Of a DNA stretch of 64,000 nucleotides, positions 29,016 to 39,323 are shown piece after piece (position 1 is the first letter of the stretch; each line of letters opens with the position of its first letter). This DNA is from Bdellovibrionales bacterium. Its GTDB lineage: Bacteria > Bdellovibrionota > Bdellovibrionia > Bdellovibrionales > UBA1609. Below the pieces are notes generated by a model. It saw nothing but the letters and a program-made list of their open reading frames with translations, was not told where the DNA came from and did no database searches. The position numbers were made by a program, and so were the translations under genes. Where the stretch lies: NCBI GenBank assembly GCA_965200875.1, contig OZ241456.1, forward strand, positions 1,568,001 through 1,632,000, read 5' to 3'.

Positions 29016-31430
29016 TTATTGCCAATTATACGACAGATGACCACTTTTTGTTTGTATCCTGTCATTTGATGCATCTTTTGCAGATAATTTTTCTCCTGTT
29101 TTTGAGCAAATAAAATATTTTTCAAAATTTTCTATATCGTGAAAACAGGCTTTCATATCAGCAAGATTTTCGTTATATAAATTATCATGGGAAGCTTCAT
29201 TTCCAAAAAATTGTGTACTTCTTAGATTTTCAATAGCTTGAATGACATTGGAGTCCATCTTTTTCTTTTTTACTCTTGCTAACAAAGAGCTTAACAACTC
29301 TTCTAAAGTTCTTTTTTCATTAGTTGCACCTGACTTAAATTTCATTTCGGCCCCTAGATTTTCACAAATTTGTTTTAAAAGGTTTTCTACATATTTGCGC
29401 AGTTTATTTCCAAGAACATCTACATTTGATTCTTCAATCTGTTTTCTAATACTCTCTTTTAAATGTAATATTGGTTCATCCATGAAAGAACCAATATCAT
29501 TATTCCACTTTATTTGCTTAATTAACCAACTTTTTGGCTTAACCAGAGAGGATAAATATTTAAACCACTCGTCTTCATGGGTTAAAACAAGAATTTGCCA
29601 CTCAGAAAACTTGTTTACAAGAAGTTGACCGAATTGTTGCCTGTGATTTTTATCAAAACTGGATATAATATCATCAAGTATAAAAAAATTATTTTTCTTG
29701 TTAAAAATTTTTACAGAAGACAGAAACAAACATAATCCCAGACAATTTATATAAGATTCACTCATAAGCATTTTTGGACTCTCCAAAGCAGTATTCCTAA
29801 AGTTTAAATGATATGATATTCCCACAAAGTCATCTTCATTATCCAATATAGGTTTTAATTTTATATCTTTGATATTGTCTGTAGGATTCATAAAAACGAA
29901 TAACTGATTCATTTCAGTAGAAGTAGAGTCTAAAAACAACTCCATTTCATTTTTTTGGCAATCTGAAAAAGACTTATATATTTCACTTACAGTTTTTATC
30001 TGAGAGCGAATTACTGTTTCCTCATTTTTTAACTTCTGAATATCCTGAAAACACGCTTTTGCCAAGTTGATTTTTTTTGCCATGTCAATTTTGGAAATAC
30101 CTGATTCCTTTATAGAGTTTTTAAATAAATCAAGCGGACTTTTTATTTTATCAAAAGAAAAATCTTTTGCCTTACAAATATATTCATCATAGTAATCTAT
30201 CCTGTCAAAATTCAGCTCTCTTGAAAAAACTTTATACAACTCTCTGAAGCTTTTTAGTGAGTGTTCCAAGTACTCTTTGGTGCTACTAAAATCAGAAGTA
30301 CCCATACAACTTAATTCTCCAACTCTTTTTAGCATTTCACCTGTTTCTCTGATACCTTCTTCTATGTTGTTCTTATTTTGTTTTAAAACTTCTATTTCAT
30401 CCTCTAAAGTTTGTAATACATCCAATCTTTCTTTTATCGAATTTAAAAGCTCTTCTGCTGGTATATCCTGCAAACATAAAGGACATTTGTCCTTTTCATC
30501 TAGGATTTTTGTTTTAATAATATGCTCTGCATTTTTAAGAAGAGGTTTTATTTTAATGCCTTTTAGTTTTTGTTTATCTTCAAAAATTTTCTTAAAGGAG
30601 TTTTGGAAAATACTTAAGTGTTCAAGGAGCTGATTAAAGACAGACTCTTTTGCTTTAATGTTTGATAGCTCTTTTGTTATATCAGTTTTTAGCTGTAATT
30701 TTGGATCAGGTTTTTCTTTTGCAAGTTCTTTTTCCAATTTTTTAAAAGATTCCCAGGAATTGATATCAAATCCAAGATTTAATTCTTTAATCATAGAGTG
30801 AATTGTTGAAAAAAATTGCTCCTCTGTATTTATGTTTGTATTTATAACTTTCAGTAAGTCTGCTTGTTTGGATGATATTTGACTGTCAAAGCTTTTTGTT
30901 TTGAGAGTTCTCTTTAAAGAATTTACTGATTTTTTTAACACTTCTTTTGTTTTCTTCACTTCTGAGTAACCAATTAAGTTGGATATATCTGATAGCCTTT
31001 CTGATTTTGTGGAAATAATAAATTTTGTCAACTCATCACTACGAATCATTAAGTTTTCCATCTGAGATTGATTCAAATAGTTTTTAAAAGAATCTTTATT
31101 GTTGGAATGTCTGGACACAAAGCGATTGTTTTTTGTTTCCAATGTTTTTTTTGAATTTAAGGGGGAGTTAGAAAACTCCACTTCCACCTGACAAATATCT
31201 TGGTTATTTAGCTCTTTATTGCGGATGCCGGCATTTTTAGGTATTTCTTCTCCTTTTAAGTGTGATATTTTATCATACAAAAACCATTCAATACTGTCAG
31301 TTATAGTGCTTTTTCCTGTTCCATTATCTCCATATAACAAAAAGGATTGCTTTTTAAGAGAGATATCTAAATCTTTTTTTACCCCTCTAAAACCTTTTAT
31401 TGTTATTTTTTGTATTTCATTTCTCTGCAT
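29016..31430 (-). CDS. SMC/Rad50-type ABC ATPase with zinc hook and HEPN-like C-terminus (RloC-like)
   Basis: IKGFRG, GDNGTGKS, coiled coil with CPLC, MSESY signature, ILDDIISSFD, LTH; C-terminal GNKLRKYVE...GNEASH; start set to ATG 31430. Confidence 0.75.
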   Translation of the reverse strand: MQRNEIQKITIKGFRGVKKDLDISLKKQSFLLYGDNGTGKSTITDSIEWFLYDKISHLKGEEIPKNAGIRNKELNNQDICQVEVEFSNSPLNSKKTLETKNNRFVSRHSNNKDSFKNYLNQSQMENLMIRSDELTKFIISTKSERLSDISNLIGYSEVKKTKEVLKKSVNSLKRTLKTKSFDSQISSKQADLLKVINTNINTEEQFFSTIHSMIKELNLGFDINSWESFKKLEKELAKEKPDPKLQLKTDITKELSNIKAKESVFNQLLEHLSIFQNSFKKIFEDKQKLKGIKIKPLLKNAEHIIKTKILDEKDKCPLCLQDIPAEELLNSIKERLDVLQTLEDEIEVLKQNKNNIEEGIRETGEMLKRVGELSCMGTSDFSSTKEYLEHSLKSFRELYKVFSRELNFDRIDYYDEYICKAKDFSFDKIKSPLDLFKNSIKESGISKIDMAKKINLAKACFQDIQKLKNEETVIRSQIKTVSEIYKSFSDCQKNEMELFLDSTSTEMNQLFVFMNPTDNIKDIKLKPILDNEDDFVGISYHLNFRNTALESPKMLMSESYINCLGLCLFLSSVKIFNKKNNFFILDDIISSFDKNHRQQFGQLLVNKFSEWQILVLTHEDEWFKYLSSLVKPKSWLIKQIKWNNDIGSFMDEPILHLKESIRKQIEESNVDVLGNKLRKYVENLLKQICENLGAEMKFKSGATNEKRTLEELLSSLLARVKKKKMDSNVIQAIENLRSTQFFGNEASHDNLYNENLADMKACFHDIENFEKYFICSKTGEKLSAKDASNDRIQTKSGHLSYNWQ

Positions 31431-31623
31431 TGTTTTTACTCCGTATTTCATCAAGAGCATTGGAAATATTTGTGGATGACAAATTACCCTTATTATGAAG
31501 ACTTATTATAATATCAATAATTTCCGGGCAGGAGTATTGGTCTTTATCTTCATTTAATTTCTTAAAAAAAGATTTAATCAGCTCTGCCCCAGTTTTTGGT
31601 TTTTTATTGTTTTCTTCACTCAT
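31417..31623 (-). CDS. Small helical hypothetical protein (68 aa) overlapping both neighbours
   Basis: MSEENNKKPKTGAELIKSFF...; overlaps the upstream gene by 8 nt and the ATPase by 14 nt. Confidence 0.7.
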   Translation of the reverse strand: MSEENNKKPKTGAELIKSFFKKLNEDKDQYSCPEIIDIIISLHNKGNLSSTNISNALDEIRSKNNAEK

Positions 31624-32065
31624 AAAAGCTCCAATCAATATCGAAGTGATTTTCCGGCACATCAGATAAATCCGGAAAACCAGATTTGTTGTTGCAAATA
31701 GGGTAACAGCCGTATTTTTTTAAAAAATCCAAAATAAAAAAACTTTCCAAATCTTCAACAGACTTTTTCCAGATAGAACTTAAAGAGCTGAAGTTTAAAT
31801 ATGTAAAATACACTTTTGATTTTTTTTGATAATTAAACAAACCTTTGTTATTTGAAGCTCCTGTTAGATGATCTTTAAACCTAGATTTTATACTGTTTGT
31901 TTTTTTTTCGCTCATGCCAATATAGATCAACCTTGAGCTTTTGAAAGGATAAGGTATTTTGTAGTCTTTACTTTTTAGAAAATAAAGCCCGATGGCTTTA
32001 TCCTCAATAAGAGAAATTTCTGTATGAGTTAACTCTGTTAAAGCCGGAAAATTTATTTTATACAA
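31616..32065 (-). CDS. GIY-YIG nuclease family protein
   Basis: GLYF...IYIGMS, IKSRFKDH, EDLE, PICN. Confidence 0.75.
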   Translation of the reverse strand: MYKINFPALTELTHTEISLIEDKAIGLYFLKSKDYKIPYPFKSSRLIYIGMSEKKTNSIKSRFKDHLTGASNNKGLFNYQKKSKVYFTYLNFSSLSSIWKKSVEDLESFFILDFLKKYGCYPICNNKSGFPDLSDVPENHFDIDWSFYE

Positions 32066-32083
32066 TTATAATAATCCTTATTT

Positions 32084-32287
32084 TTATAGCTTCTTATATC
32101 TATATTTGTTTTTGATATTTGCACTAAAGTATTTGCCATGTGATTCTGCATTCATTAAGTTCGTATGTTCGTCTTTTGGCACATCAAAATATTGATAAAC
32201 ACTTCCATCTTTAAACTCTATTTCTAAAACTTGTTCTTCATGTCCTATTGATTCCAAGTTTGAAGATTCCACTTGTTGTCTTTGCAT
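32084..32287 (-). CDS. KTSC domain protein
   Basis: VESSNLESIG, LEIEFKDGSVYQYFDVP, LMNAESHGKYF; ATG 32287 with AGGAGG. Confidence 0.88.
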   Translation of the reverse strand: MQRQQVESSNLESIGHEEQVLEIEFKDGSVYQYFDVPKDEHTNLMNAESHGKYFSANIKNKYRYKKL

Positions 32288-32785
32288 CTTTATACCTCCT
32301 TCATTTGCGATAACCAATTATCTTTATTATTAATTTAAACATTATTTTTCTTTAATACTTTTAATAAATCCCTCTGTATCAAAATCAATTCATTTGAAAT
32401 GGTAGACTGTTTTTAATTCATAATATTACCTCCTAAAGTTTTATTTACACTTTTTTTTTCACTTTGAACAAATAGCGTTATTCTCAGTAAAATTTTGTCG
32501 TAAAAGATGTTTTTTCTGGATTTCCTGCTTTCATGTGAAGACAGGAGATTTTAAATTCCTCGTTTCAGTAAAAGTAAAGAGCAAACAAATAAAAGATATG
32601 TATTTTTTATTTCTGAATTTTGAAAAACTCTTTCTTTGTATATTTTTTAAACTGTTACTGTTTCAGTTATTGTTTTTCCTTTTTCATGTAGAGTTTAAAC
32701 AATTTCTAAAGAAGTTTCCAAGGAAAAAGCTGTTAACACATTTGAACATTTACAATAATGGCATCATAATTCTTCCCTTTGACTC

Positions 32786-33841
32786 TTAGTCACCACTCTT
32801 AAGTTTTTTAATTTCTTCTTCGGAAAGCCCCGTGCCTTTGCAAAGAACATGCAAATCCACTCCAGTTTTAAGTAATTTTGCAATCAGCTCTTTTTGACCT
32901 TCCTGACGGCCTTGTTGCATGCCTTGTTGCATACCTTCCTGTATACCTTCCTGCCGGCCTTGTTGCATGCCTTGTTGCATACCTTCCTGTATACCTTCCT
33001 GCCGGCCTTGTTGCATACCTTCCTGTATACCTTCCTGACGGCCTTGTTGCATGCCTTGTTGCATGCCTTGTTGCCTAGCTTCATCATACGAAGATTTTAA
33101 TAATGGCATCATAATTCTTCCCTCCTCTTTCACTGTGGCTTGTTCAATCTCTTTTACAATCTCCCAATTAAATGCTGGATCATATCGCCGTATATAATCT
33201 ACTGCTCGACCGATCAATGCCTCTCGCTCACTGGAACTAAGACCCTGACCTATCGTAAAAAGCTCCTTCACTTTTGATTCATCAAGTCGCCAGATATGTT
33301 TTAGAATATACAAAATAGGACGAGTTGTCAAATCCCTGGCCTCCTTTGACACATCTAAAGACTGAATATTCAAGACCCGCGGACGAAAATTCAACACATT
33401 ATCTGCAAATCTCTCTTTTAATTCACCTTGGAAATTATACAGGTACTCGTGAAAATCAAGAGGCCATTTACCTGTCTTTGTTGCACTCTGGTTAATAAAC
33501 ACAGGGAGAATAGGATTTCGTGTATCTTGATAAATCCCTACCTGATATATTAAAAACTGTCTCATCAAATCTTGGTCGTATTGGCTTTTGTGTTCCATTA
33601 AGAATAATATTCTAGCAGGTTTTTGAGAGCTTTTAAGCAGAGCTGAAACCAAGAGGTCCATGCGTTTTTCTTTTGCGGATTTGTCAATAAAAGTTGTGGC
33701 TTCTGTTTTAAGGGTGTTCCAATCAAAAAGTTTCATTTCCTCTTTTGAGAGAACGAGGCTTAGGATATCCACACAATACTTGGTTTGTGAGTAAACCTCT
33801 TTGAATAAATGATCATGTAAAAAATTTCTTTTTGTTTTCAT
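32786..33841 (-). CDS. Rpn/YhgA-like recombination-promoting nuclease (PD-(D/E)XK) with QEG/QQG repeat tail
   Basis: HDHLFKEV, RMDLL, LMEHKSQ, repeat tail, C-terminal TGLSEEEI helix-turn-helix. Confidence 0.88.
   Translation of the reverse strand: MKTKRNFLHDHLFKEVYSQTKYCVDILSLVLSKEEMKLFDWNTLKTEATTFIDKSAKEKRMDLLVSALLKSSQKPARILFLMEHKSQYDQDLMRQFLIYQVGIYQDTRNPILPVFINQSATKTGKWPLDFHEYLYNFQGELKERFADNVLNFRPRVLNIQSLDVSKEARDLTTRPILYILKHIWRLDESKVKELFTIGQGLSSSEREALIGRAVDYIRRYDPAFNWEIVKEIEQATVKEEGRIMMPLLKSSYDEARQQGMQQGMQQGRQEGIQEGMQQGRQEGIQEGMQQGMQQGRQEGIQEGMQQGMQQGRQEGQKELIAKLLKTGVDLHVLCKGTGLSEEEIKKLKSGD
32896..33075 (-). repeat. 12-bp-period coding tandem repeat (G-M/R/I-Q-Q/E)
   Basis: gccttgttgcat / accttcctgtat units. 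Confidence 0.9.
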
Positions 33842-33896
33842 AGCTCTGGAAAATGGAATATAAAAAGATTTTTGTCAATAGAATTTGTATATTTTT

Positions 33897-36404
33897 CTAT
33901 TTTAATCTTTTTTCTGCTAATCTTTGGTTTTGTATAGAAAAACCTAATAGACTAGCAATTTTTTGTTTCTTCTTATATTTAATAGGGTGCATATAAATAT
34001 ATTGTGCCACTATATGCTTTAAAAGACATATAGCCTGAGTATTTTTTTCATCCTGTAGCTCTTTATACAGAATCCTGATTCTATCAACATCTAAATCTTT
34101 TTTATGCCAAGTATGAATATACAAATTAATTAACTTGGAAGCCACTGTGTTACTCTCTGTGTTTACAGAGTTAGCAATATCAACAATTTTATAGTATCCT
34201 ATAGAGTGTATAATTTTGTGTAACCATCCCCATAAAATACCATAAGACATCTGATCCACTATCACTTTACTGATTTGTTCTATTTTCTCTGGAGATGATT
34301 CTTTTTTGGAAATTTGTTCCAATCTAGATTGGATAAACTTTTCAATTATCGTTCTTTCATTTAACATGAATTCCATAAAACTTTTTAATAATCTCAATCC
34401 GACATTTTGAGCTTCTTTAAATAAAATTTTTAACTTTTCTTTTTCCAATGATCCGTATTGATTTCTAAGAATCTGTCCAATTATTTCCATCGTTCTTGCA
34501 GATTTTTTAATTTCAATTAAAGTGCTATTTTCAGTGTTCATCTGTTCTGCGTCAGTATCATTCGTAGAGCGTTGTTTATCTTTGATTTCCAATTCTTTAC
34601 TTCGTTCTTTTTCTACACTATGAGTAGATCCAGGTAATGTAATATTATTAAAAATACTATGCAGTTCTTTGATAAATCCTTTTTCATCCCCTGATAAAGA
34701 CGCTTCCTTATATTGGCTAAATATATTATGAGTATAATCAGTAATATTTTCTATTAAATTTTTATCTTTTGTATGATGAGTGATAAAAACTAAAATATTA
34801 GCACTGTCTTTTTGATACACTTTAGATATTAATTTATTAATTACTTCTTTTTTGTTGTTAATATTTTCTGCAATATACTTGGCAACAAAATAATAATATA
34901 TATATATGTATCCAAAATTGTATAAATTATTTTTCTCTCTTAATATATTTGCACTTACTAAAATTTCTGAAAAATTGCGCCCGCGAGGTACAATAAACTT
35001 TTTCCCATATTTTTTTAAAAAATCCTGTAATTGAGTATCGGAGATATTTCTTACATTATTGTCAAACATCCAATACGCAAGGTGTGTAAGGAAATTAAAA
35101 TAAGAGTCTATCTCTTCTACTATAATATGTATTTTAGAGAGTGATATAGTTATCATTGCTTGATAACAATGACCATAAGAGGTTTGTTGTAAGTCTTGAT
35201 TGGGACTTATCAGCTCAATAGAATTAAAAATAGATAAAATAAAAAAAGGGTAGCTTGGAACAATATTATGACCAATAATAATGTTAATAGAACTAGTGCA
35301 TTGATCCAATCTGTTTAAATGCTGTTTGTTTTGATAATCAAAATCTGTATCTTCATGTAGGGAGATACACTTTTTGATAAGTTCTTCTCTTTTTTTATGT
35401 CCAAAAACTAATATTGAATAGCTTTTAAAATATTTATATTTTGATTTTTCAGATGGTATATTTGTTAATTGATTAGCTAAAAGAATTGCACCTTGAAAAT
35501 GATCTCGAATGGATAAAATAAATTTATCGAAATCTTCTTTGGTTATTTTCTTTCTTTCATCTACATCATCAATAATTAAAATTCTTTTTTCTTTAGGAAC
35601 ATGGATCGACCCTGAAAATTGGTTTTTATATTCTTTTTGTGTAGCTTTTTTCAAAGCTCCAGATTTAGGAATTTTATTGCCTTCCATGAGGACTGGATAA
35701 AAACCGGCCTTCATATATCGCAAAAATAAAATATGAGCTAGGGCTGTCTTTCCACTTTGTTCTTCTCCATAAAGTAAAATATATGGATTATCAAATGTAT
35801 TAATTGCTATTAATTTTTCAGAATTTATTTCGTTATGCTCTAAATTTACATCAGCAGTTTTGTCTTTTGTTGTAATGTCTGGATACACAAACTGTTTATC
35901 TAATGGTGTTGTATCAAAAGAGTTTTTCAGTAATTGATTTTGAAAATCTGGGTTTATTTCAGGTTTTGAGATTTTATCAACAACATGTTTTATACCTTCA
36001 TATACATTTTTCCAAGCTGAGTCTTTATCATTCCATTTAGTTATAGCTTTGCCATCTTTTGGCAAGGCTTGAATGTTTTTTAAAACAGTGTCTTTCTATG
36101 CACAGTCTCTTAAAATTACCGGAATCACAATAGTATTTTTTTTGTCTTTTAAATTTAAAGCAATATTCATCTCTTTCTTACAATTATTAGAAGCAAGGAA
36201 ATCTGGGCTGAGTAATAACAAAATAATATGGGCTTCTTTCATTTTTTTTTCTATTACAGGATCCCATTCTTCACCTGCTTGGATTTCTTTGTCTGACCAG
36301 TCAGATATTTTACCTTCATCTCTTAAAAGAGTAAGGTGTTTTTCTAAAGAGTCTTGATGTTTTGCATCTATATGTGTATAGCTGTAAAATAAACGAATGT
36401 TCAT
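33897..36404 (-). pseudogene. TIR-domain + STAND-type NTPase interrupted by one in-frame TAG (36096-36098)
   Basis: TIR: LFYSY, WSDKEIQAGEEW, LLSPDFLAS, EMNIAL; the frame continues CA*KDTVLKNIQALPKDGK into GEEQSGKT and ILIIDD. Confidence 0.85.
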
Positions 36405-36606
36405 AATGAATGTTACCTAGTTAGATTTATTTTAGATTCTCAAAAGAGAATCGTTATAATATATTTCATTCAGTACTTTTATGCAAATAAATTTTTATAT
36501 AATTTTTTGAAGATGTACTGTGTTGTTTACGATGTTCCATTTTTTACAGCGAGATTGTCCAAAAAATTGTGATGGTTAAGAGATTGTTCAAAGACTTTTA
36601 TGTAGA

Positions 36607-37200
36607 TTAGTCCCAGGTTGTTTTAGCCCAGCAAATACCAATGATTTTACCTTTGTATTTGTTTTCTCTTAGAAAGTCCGATATGGCCCGCAAATGTGAT
36701 CCGGTGGTTATCACATCATCCAAAATATATAATATTTTAGGTTCTTTGTTTTTAAACCCTTTCCAAATATAATTTTGCTTAAAAAATTCAGGGTTTCTTT
36801 CCCCGGAAAGATGAACAGACTCTTGATCCTCTTTTATTTCAACAGGCCATTCAACCAACCACCCTAGCAGTGATTGTAAAAGTTCCCTAAATAAATCTTC
36901 AAATCTATTATTATATTCAGGATGAGATTTTGTTTTAGAACTTGGAACAGCAGTTAACACCCAACCCTTTGGGTTTGTTTTTAGTAACAGTTCAACATCT
37001 TCTTTAAATTGCTTAATAGCTTTTTCACGATATGACCATTCTGGCGTGCATCTTTTGGAAGGGGATTTTTTAAAATTCAAAATCAGAGAATTTGTTGGAC
37101 CACCTTCATAGCCCGTACTGGATTTGTATTCTCTCGCATATACCCAAATATCGTCAGGTTTTATATGAGGTAAATGTTGTTCTTTAAATTTATTCCACAC
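36607..37200 (-). CDS. ComF-like phosphoribosyltransferase domain protein, candidate toxin
   Basis: AVPSSK, ILDDVITTGSH; overlaps the dprA-like gene. Confidence 0.8.
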   Translation of the reverse strand: MWNKFKEQHLPHIKPDDIWVYAREYKSSTGYEGGPTNSLILNFKKSPSKRCTPEWSYREKAIKQFKEDVELLLKTNPKGWVLTAVPSSKTKSHPEYNNRFEDLFRELLQSLLGWLVEWPVEIKEDQESVHLSGERNPEFFKQNYIWKGFKNKEPKILYILDDVITTGSHLRAISDFLRENKYKGKIIGICWAKTTWD

Positions 37201-38152
37201 TGGACTGATGATCTATATGTTTTAAAATATCTGAGGTTTCTTTTACTCTGATAGCTCCTCGTTTTTCATAAGTGGAGGGCCATTTGATGTTTAGATTGTC
37301 AAAACAGGAGTCCATTATAAATAGTTTTTTGTTTTGCCTAAAACATTCCCTCGCCTGAACAAGAGATCCACTTGTATCTCCCGCTTCCACAATGACAGTG
37401 GCTTTTGAAATAGACGCCATTGTTTTGTTCCTTCTTGGGAAATGAAATTTACGATAATTAAAAGGTTCTTTAGCGTATTTGTAAAAAGGGACCTGACTGA
37501 TCAGTAAAAAATCCTTTGCAATTTTATCCTGTAAATTTTTATTTTCTTTAGGATAATATTTGTTGATAGGGGTACCTATAACTCCTATAGTGAGCTTATT
37601 ATTATCAATAGCCGATTGATGGGCTACTGTATCAATCCCTAAAGCTAAACCTGACACAATGGTAAATCCCTCATCTGACAATTCTTTGGATAAATTTCTG
37701 GCGTTTTTGATTCCTTCAGCAGAGGGTTTTCTTGATCCCACTATTGAAATGCAGGGAGTTTCTAATATATCCAAATTTCCTTTGCAATAAAATAGTCCTA
37801 TGGGGTATTGACTTCTTAAATTCTCCGGGTATTGAAAAGCTTTATTTACAACTATTGAAAAATCTCTCATTCCATCACAAAATGCAGTATCTAAAAAGCC
37901 TTGCACTTCATTTTTTATTTGGTCAGGAGTCTTTTTAAATGAAAAAAGATCCAGCTGATGTGGTATTTGTTTTAACGCTTCAGAAGGAGTGTTATTAACA
38001 AACATTTCCTGTAAAGCTTTTTCTTTTAAAGTTTTTTCTTCATTGCTGTGGATAGCCCATAGCACTTCATAAGCAAGCATCTCCTTTGAAGGAGAGATTA
38101 CATTTTTTTCTATAAAACTTATTATATCCTGCATATTAAAGAATACTGCCAT
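37190..38152 (-). CDS. DprA/Smf-like protein, candidate antitoxin of a DprA-PRTase (ShosTA-like) defence pair
   Basis: IVGSR, IVSGLALGIDTVAH, FPRRNKTMA, VEAGDTSGSL; no C-terminal winged helix. Confidence 0.85.
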   Translation of the reverse strand: MAVFFNMQDIISFIEKNVISPSKEMLAYEVLWAIHSNEEKTLKEKALQEMFVNNTPSEALKQIPHQLDLFSFKKTPDQIKNEVQGFLDTAFCDGMRDFSIVVNKAFQYPENLRSQYPIGLFYCKGNLDILETPCISIVGSRKPSAEGIKNARNLSKELSDEGFTIVSGLALGIDTVAHQSAIDNNKLTIGVIGTPINKYYPKENKNLQDKIAKDFLLISQVPFYKYAKEPFNYRKFHFPRRNKTMASISKATVIVEAGDTSGSLVQARECFRQNKKLFIMDSCFDNLNIKWPSTYEKRGAIRVKETSDILKHIDHQSSVE

Positions 38153-38177
38153 TAAGTTATTAACAAGTCAAAATAAC

Positions 38178-38275
38178 ACACCGCGAGGCGAGTTCGGCTT
38201 TGAGCACGGAGCTGGCGAAGACTGATCCGTGGCAAAACACCTATGTTTTCGTCCTAGCGATGAGGTATGAACAAA
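38178..38275. repeat. Diverged family B core, reverse orientation
   Basis: cgcgaggcgagttcggctttgagcac ... gtggcaaaac ... gcgatgaggtatga. Confidence 0.7.
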
Positions 38276-38507
38276 GTAAACCGGTCATATAAAAAGACTT
38301 TTTGTTGCTTGCGATTATTTGTATCCTGATTTCTTCTGTGAAAAATCCCTATAATGTGGAAAAACCCCCGTAATGCCTTGTTTTGAACTACATAGTCTTT
38401 TGACTTTTCATCAACAACCTATTATTTTGTGCGTTATTACTTTCCGTTTTTAAAGAAATATGTCAAATATTTCCTAAATAGTACTAAAAACATACAAAAA
38501 TATAAAA

Positions 38508-39317
38508 ATGCTTAAGCCTTATTTTTCAGAAGATTCTTTCAAGCTCTATCATGGGGATTGTCGTGATGTTTTGAACACTATTCCTGCGAACAGCGTGGAT
38601 ATGGTTTTTGCAGACCCCCCTTACAATTTGTCAAACGGTGGATTTTCTGTCAAAGCTGGAAAAAGGGTCGATGTTCATAAAGGAGACTGGGATCAAAGCC
38701 TTGGCACAGATAAGGACTTTGCTTTTCATTTAAGTTGGATTAAAGCCTGCCAGCGGGTGTTAAAGCCGGAAGGCACAATTTGGATCAGCGGAACTTATCA
38801 TTCCATTTATCAATGCGGTTTTGCACTTCAACAGTCCGGTTTTCGGATTCTTAATGATATCGCTTGGTATAAACCAAACGCCGCTCCAAACATTGGTTGT
38901 CGCTGTTTTGCGGCAAGCCATGAAACCCTGATATGGGCTTGTAAGGATCCAAAGGCAAAATACACATTTCATTATGAAGACATGAAGAACGGTTCTTGGG
39001 AAAAAGACTTTATTAAAAAACCAAGCAAGCAAATGCGCTCTGTTTGGGCTGTCAATACTCCAGCCTCTTCTGAAAAAACATACGGCAAACACCCTACACA
39101 AAAACCTTTGGAACTTTTAAAACGAATTGTCAGAGCTTCTTCCAATAAAGGAGATATAATATTGGATCCTTTCACCGGAAGCTCCACAACCGGAATCGCC
39201 GCTTATCTTTCAGAAAGGTCTTTTATCGGTATTGAGAAAGAAAAAGCTTTTTTGGAGCTATCCATCCATCGCTTTCAGGATTTAAAAAACTCTTTTCAAT
39301 TAGAACTTTCCCCTTAA
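38508..39317 (+). CDS. Beta-class N6A/N4C DNA methyltransferase (type II RM)
   Basis: FADPPY, HPTQKP, LDPFTGSSTT. Confidence 0.9.
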   Translation: MLKPYFSEDSFKLYHGDCRDVLNTIPANSVDMVFADPPYNLSNGGFSVKAGKRVDVHKGDWDQSLGTDKDFAFHLSWIKACQRVLKPEGTIWISGTYHSIYQCGFALQQSGFRILNDIAWYKPNAAPNIGCRCFAASHETLIWACKDPKAKYTFHYEDMKNGSWEKDFIKKPSKQMRSVWAVNTPASSEKTYGKHPTQKPLELLKRIVRASSNKGDIILDPFTGSSTTGIAAYLSERSFIGIEKEKAFLELSIHRFQDLKNSFQLELSP

Positions 39318-39323
39318 AATACT

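Noticed and set aside
32335..32421. AGGAGG + ATG upstream of KTSC reading MN*KQSTISNELILIQRDLLKVLKKNNV*
   Set aside because: Stop at codon 3; could be a decayed fifth gene or leader but is too short to support
32878..33100. Overlapping alternative-frame ORFs in the Rpn repeat tail
   Set aside because: Artefacts of a stop-free 12-bp tandem repeat
36096..36098. Genome-wide TAG recoding or pyrrolysine read-through
   Set aside because: TAG is a normal terminator for recA, ggt and other genes here; no pyl genes are visible
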